A stretch of DNA of 64,000 nt from Octopus sinensis. Taxonomy: Eukaryota. Each line of letters opens with the position of its first letter. The stretch's first letter is position 1. Shown one piece after another: positions 61,018 to 64,000 of the stretch. Position numbers and translations under genes: made by a program. The notes beneath the pieces were generated by a model. It had not been told where the DNA came from, ran no database searches, and saw only the letters and a program-made list of their open reading frames with translations. The DNA is taken from NCBI RefSeq assembly GCF_006345805.1, contig NC_043001.1, positions 91,884,001-91,948,000 of the forward strand, written 5' to 3'.

Positions 61018-61216
61018 CCTTTCTACTGTAGGCACAAGGCCTGAAATTTGCGGGGAGGGGGTCAGTCGATTAGATCGACTCCAGAACACGAATGCTACTT
61101 AATCTGTCGATCCCGAAAGGATGAAAGGCAAAGTCGACCTCGGCGGAATTTGAACTCAGAACGTAAAGATAGACGAAATACTGCTAAGCATACCATACGA
61201 AATACCAACTCGCTGC

Positions 61217-61218
<2 letters not shown>
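60854..61218 (-). mobile_element. Two tandem SINE family A copies separated and flanked by (AAT)n
   Basis: Copies at 60854-60975 and 61018-61218. Confidence 0.8.
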
Positions 61219-61256
<38 letters not shown>

Positions 61257-61918
61257 GTAATGATGATGATGATGATACTCTTTATATTTGAATGTATGAC
61301 GAAAATTGAATGTCTGGCTAAATGCTAATCCTGCTGCATAAATCACAACGATACCTTATTAGTTAATCTCACTTGTTGACTAGTTAAAGTCGTAAGGAGT
61401 TAATTAGTTGTATAGAGTTAATTAACAAAATTATAGTGGCTTCAATTCATTCAAAAGTTATGCTAGTTACAGCTTTCTTTTTCTATACGAAAAAGAAAAA
61501 AAAAGTAAAAAACAAAAAAACAAACAAACGAAAGAAAAAAAAACAAAAACAAAAACCCAGTAAGTGAATAATCAGTTGGTCTAATAGTACGGAAGATAAA
61601 CATAACTGCAAGTTCACTCGGTGCGATATATAAATTTTTATCTTTCAATTACACAAACCTTTGCTCTTGAAAGTTTTCTACATTTAACCGTATACAATCT
61701 CTGATATTAAAGATATCGATATCAATGTTATAATGAGTGCCCCAAAATAATCACTCTTTCATACCACTTCCTTTTAGATTAATCGCAAAGGTTTAACTTT
61801 TCCATGTAGTAAAGGTTTGTGAATTTGAGAATTTCCTTATTTAGACTTAGACCTGTATAGAGATGATCATTTAATCCTAGTACATTTTTAAGGGCTCACC
61901 TTATAGATTTAGAATATA

Positions 61919-62306
61919 CTAGCAGTATCGCCCGACGTTGCTCGGGTTTTTTTCGACCCTTTACAATTGGAATTTTTGAAAAGTAAAAATTTTGTATTAT
62001 GTAACTTGTTATTCTCTTTAAGTGAACATTTTTCTGGTTGAAATACACCAAAAAATGACGACACAACAGTAAAAAATTCGTAAAAAATTGGGATTTTCAT
62101 AGAAAAAAAAGCACATTTTTGATGTAAATAATTTTTGGTCTTAACATGGTCCGATTTGAATTTTATCTTCTACGGAATGAAGAGCAAGCCTTCTATCATA
62201 CTCTCAATTTTGGCCAACTTGCACCGCAGGGTCTCGGAGGAGATAGTGTTAGTTGAAGGCTACCAAACCTGCCACACACAGACAACTTCAGCTTTATATA
62301 TATAGA
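61919..62306 (-). mobile_element. Non-autonomous Helitron (second copy)
   Basis: 5' TCTATATATATAAAGCTGAAG ... CCCGA/TCGGG hairpin ... CTAG; A|T target. Confidence 0.85.
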
Positions 62307-62589
62307 TTTACAATTAGAATAGATTTAGAAAATGTCTTAATAGAACATCTAAAGAATTTAATCTGAGAGACACATTTAATACTAAATACTGGCATATTCG
62401 CGTTGCGGAAGCGTTGCACTCCTGAAAATCTTGCATTTTTTTTGGAGTTTCGTAGCAAAACTTATTTTCGTTATGATTTTATTTTGAGTGACTTTTGTGT
62501 AAAAACTATAAATATTAGTGGCATTCACTGGCGCATAACCAATTCATGAAGTGTTCTCATAGAGCAAAACTGGAATAAAGAAAAGAGTA

Positions 62590-63340
62590 AATTCATCACA
62601 TAATGCTTTACAAATTTCATCAAGGTTCTGATGCAAATAAAAATGTTCAAAAAGCTTGTGGTTAGGAGACTGTGAATGAAAGAACTAGTAGAAGGTAGTT
62701 TGAAAAAAACTGGATGTAACAATTTTAATTTGTTTGATGACCTTAGATCAGGAAATACTTCGGAAATGAATGACGAAATATATTAGCTTTCTACGGAGGA
62801 CATTCATTTGAAGAAACTAGGAAAGGTTTCAAAGTGGGGAAAATAGGTTCCTCATCCTCTTTCACAGCAGTCAACGAAGCTTGACTGCTGTGAATTGCTC
62901 TACACGCATAAGTTAAAAACACCATCTTAAAAACTGATGAGATGAGAAATTTTAAGTGCCTCAGACATGCTCTCCACAAATCAAAAACCCGTACTATATC
63001 CATGAGCATGGGGTGGAAAATCTGATTGTTTAGTGGGATATGGAAGGAATTAATATTTTACGGCCAATTCGATAATGACTGAAATCTACTTGACCATTTA
63101 AAAACTGCTTTGGATGGAAAAAGTTCTGCCTAAATAAACCGCGGTGGAGAGGGGTTCTCGCTCATCAGGATTAATGCTCGGTCTTACACCGTACAAGTTA
63201 CAAAACTGTTCTGGAATAATTCGAATGGGAAAACTTCCTTCACTTGTTTAGTCCTTGCTCCTTTAGACTTCCACTTATTTAGGTCTTTGCTAAACCATTT
63301 ATGTGGGAAAAGTATGGCAATCAGGGAAGACATAGAAAAC
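62590..63340 (+). pseudogene. Highly degraded mariner transposase
   Basis: FHHIMLYKFHQGSDA..V.ERT..R.F, D..RSG, (H)QDNAR-like and LAPLDFHLFRSLLNHLCGK motifs with many stops and frameshifts. Truncated by a SINE-B at 63341. Confidence 0.7.
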
Positions 63341-63729
63341 GGGTGGCTGTGTGGTAAGTTGCTTGCTTACCAACCACATGGTTCCGGGTTCATTCCCACT
63401 GCGTGGCACCTTGGGCAAGTGTCTTCCACTATAGCCTCAGACCGACCAAAGCTTTGTGAGTGGATTTCGTAGACGAAAACTGGAAGAAGCCCATCGTATA
63501 TATATGTATGTATGTGTGTCTTATGTTTGTGTGTCTGTGTTTGTTCCCCCATCATCGCTTGGCAACCGATGCTGGTGTGTTTACGTCCTCGTAACTTAGT
63601 GGTTCGGCAAAAAACGCCGATGGAATAAGTACTAGGCTTCCAAAGAATAAGTCTTGGGGTCGATTTGCTCGACTAAAGGCGGTGCTCTAGCATGGCCACT
63701 GTTAAATAACTGAAACAAGTAAAAGAGTA
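63341..63729 (+). mobile_element. SINE family B
   Basis: Consensus match; an inverted partial copy follows at about 63740-64000. Confidence 0.85.
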
Positions 63730-64000
63730 TCATTTATCTTTTACTTGTTTCAGTCATTGGACTGCGACCCTGCTGGGGAACCACCTTGAGAAATTTTAGC
63801 CGAATGAAACAATCCCAGTACTATTTTTTTAAAGTCTGCTTATTCTATCGATCCATTTGCCGAACTACTTAGTTTCGGGGACATAAACACACCAACGCCG
63901 GTCGTTAAGCGGTAGTGGAGGACGGACACACACGCATATATAAGACTTTGGCTGGCCCGCGGCTACAGCAGAAGACACTTGCCCAAGGTGCCACGCAATG

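Overview
AT-rich, microsatellite-dense animal genomic DNA. The SINE families, (TA)n/(TAGA)n load and retroelement mix point to an octopus (coleoid cephalopod); this is an inference from recall, not a database match. One protein-coding gene is supported: a + strand ETS-domain transcription factor reconstructed by hand from 9 coding exons (about 11687/11755 to 29701, about 474 aa from the ATG at 11755). All eight introns between these exons are phase 1, and every internal exon is a multiple of 3 nt (87, 54, 39, 54, 54, 174, 60). The rest of the window is mobile-element derived: tRNA-headed SINEs (families labelled A, B, C here), a 5'-truncated but open-frame Penelope-like element (RT C-terminus plus GIY-YIG), several small Penelope pLTR insertions, CR1/L2-like and Tx1/L1-like LINE relics, an ORF1-only poly(A) retroelement, mariner derivatives, MITEs and two non-autonomous Helitrons. 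The most striking unannotated signal is a set of six type I hammerhead ribozyme motifs from at least four distinct pLTR lineages. They include a variant core CUGUNGA, two motifs with a U.U pair closing stem II, one whose stem I is extended to 23 bp by an inversion, and one on the sense strand of an ETS intron. All calls are by eye; repeat boundaries are approximate unless TSDs or TIRs are given.
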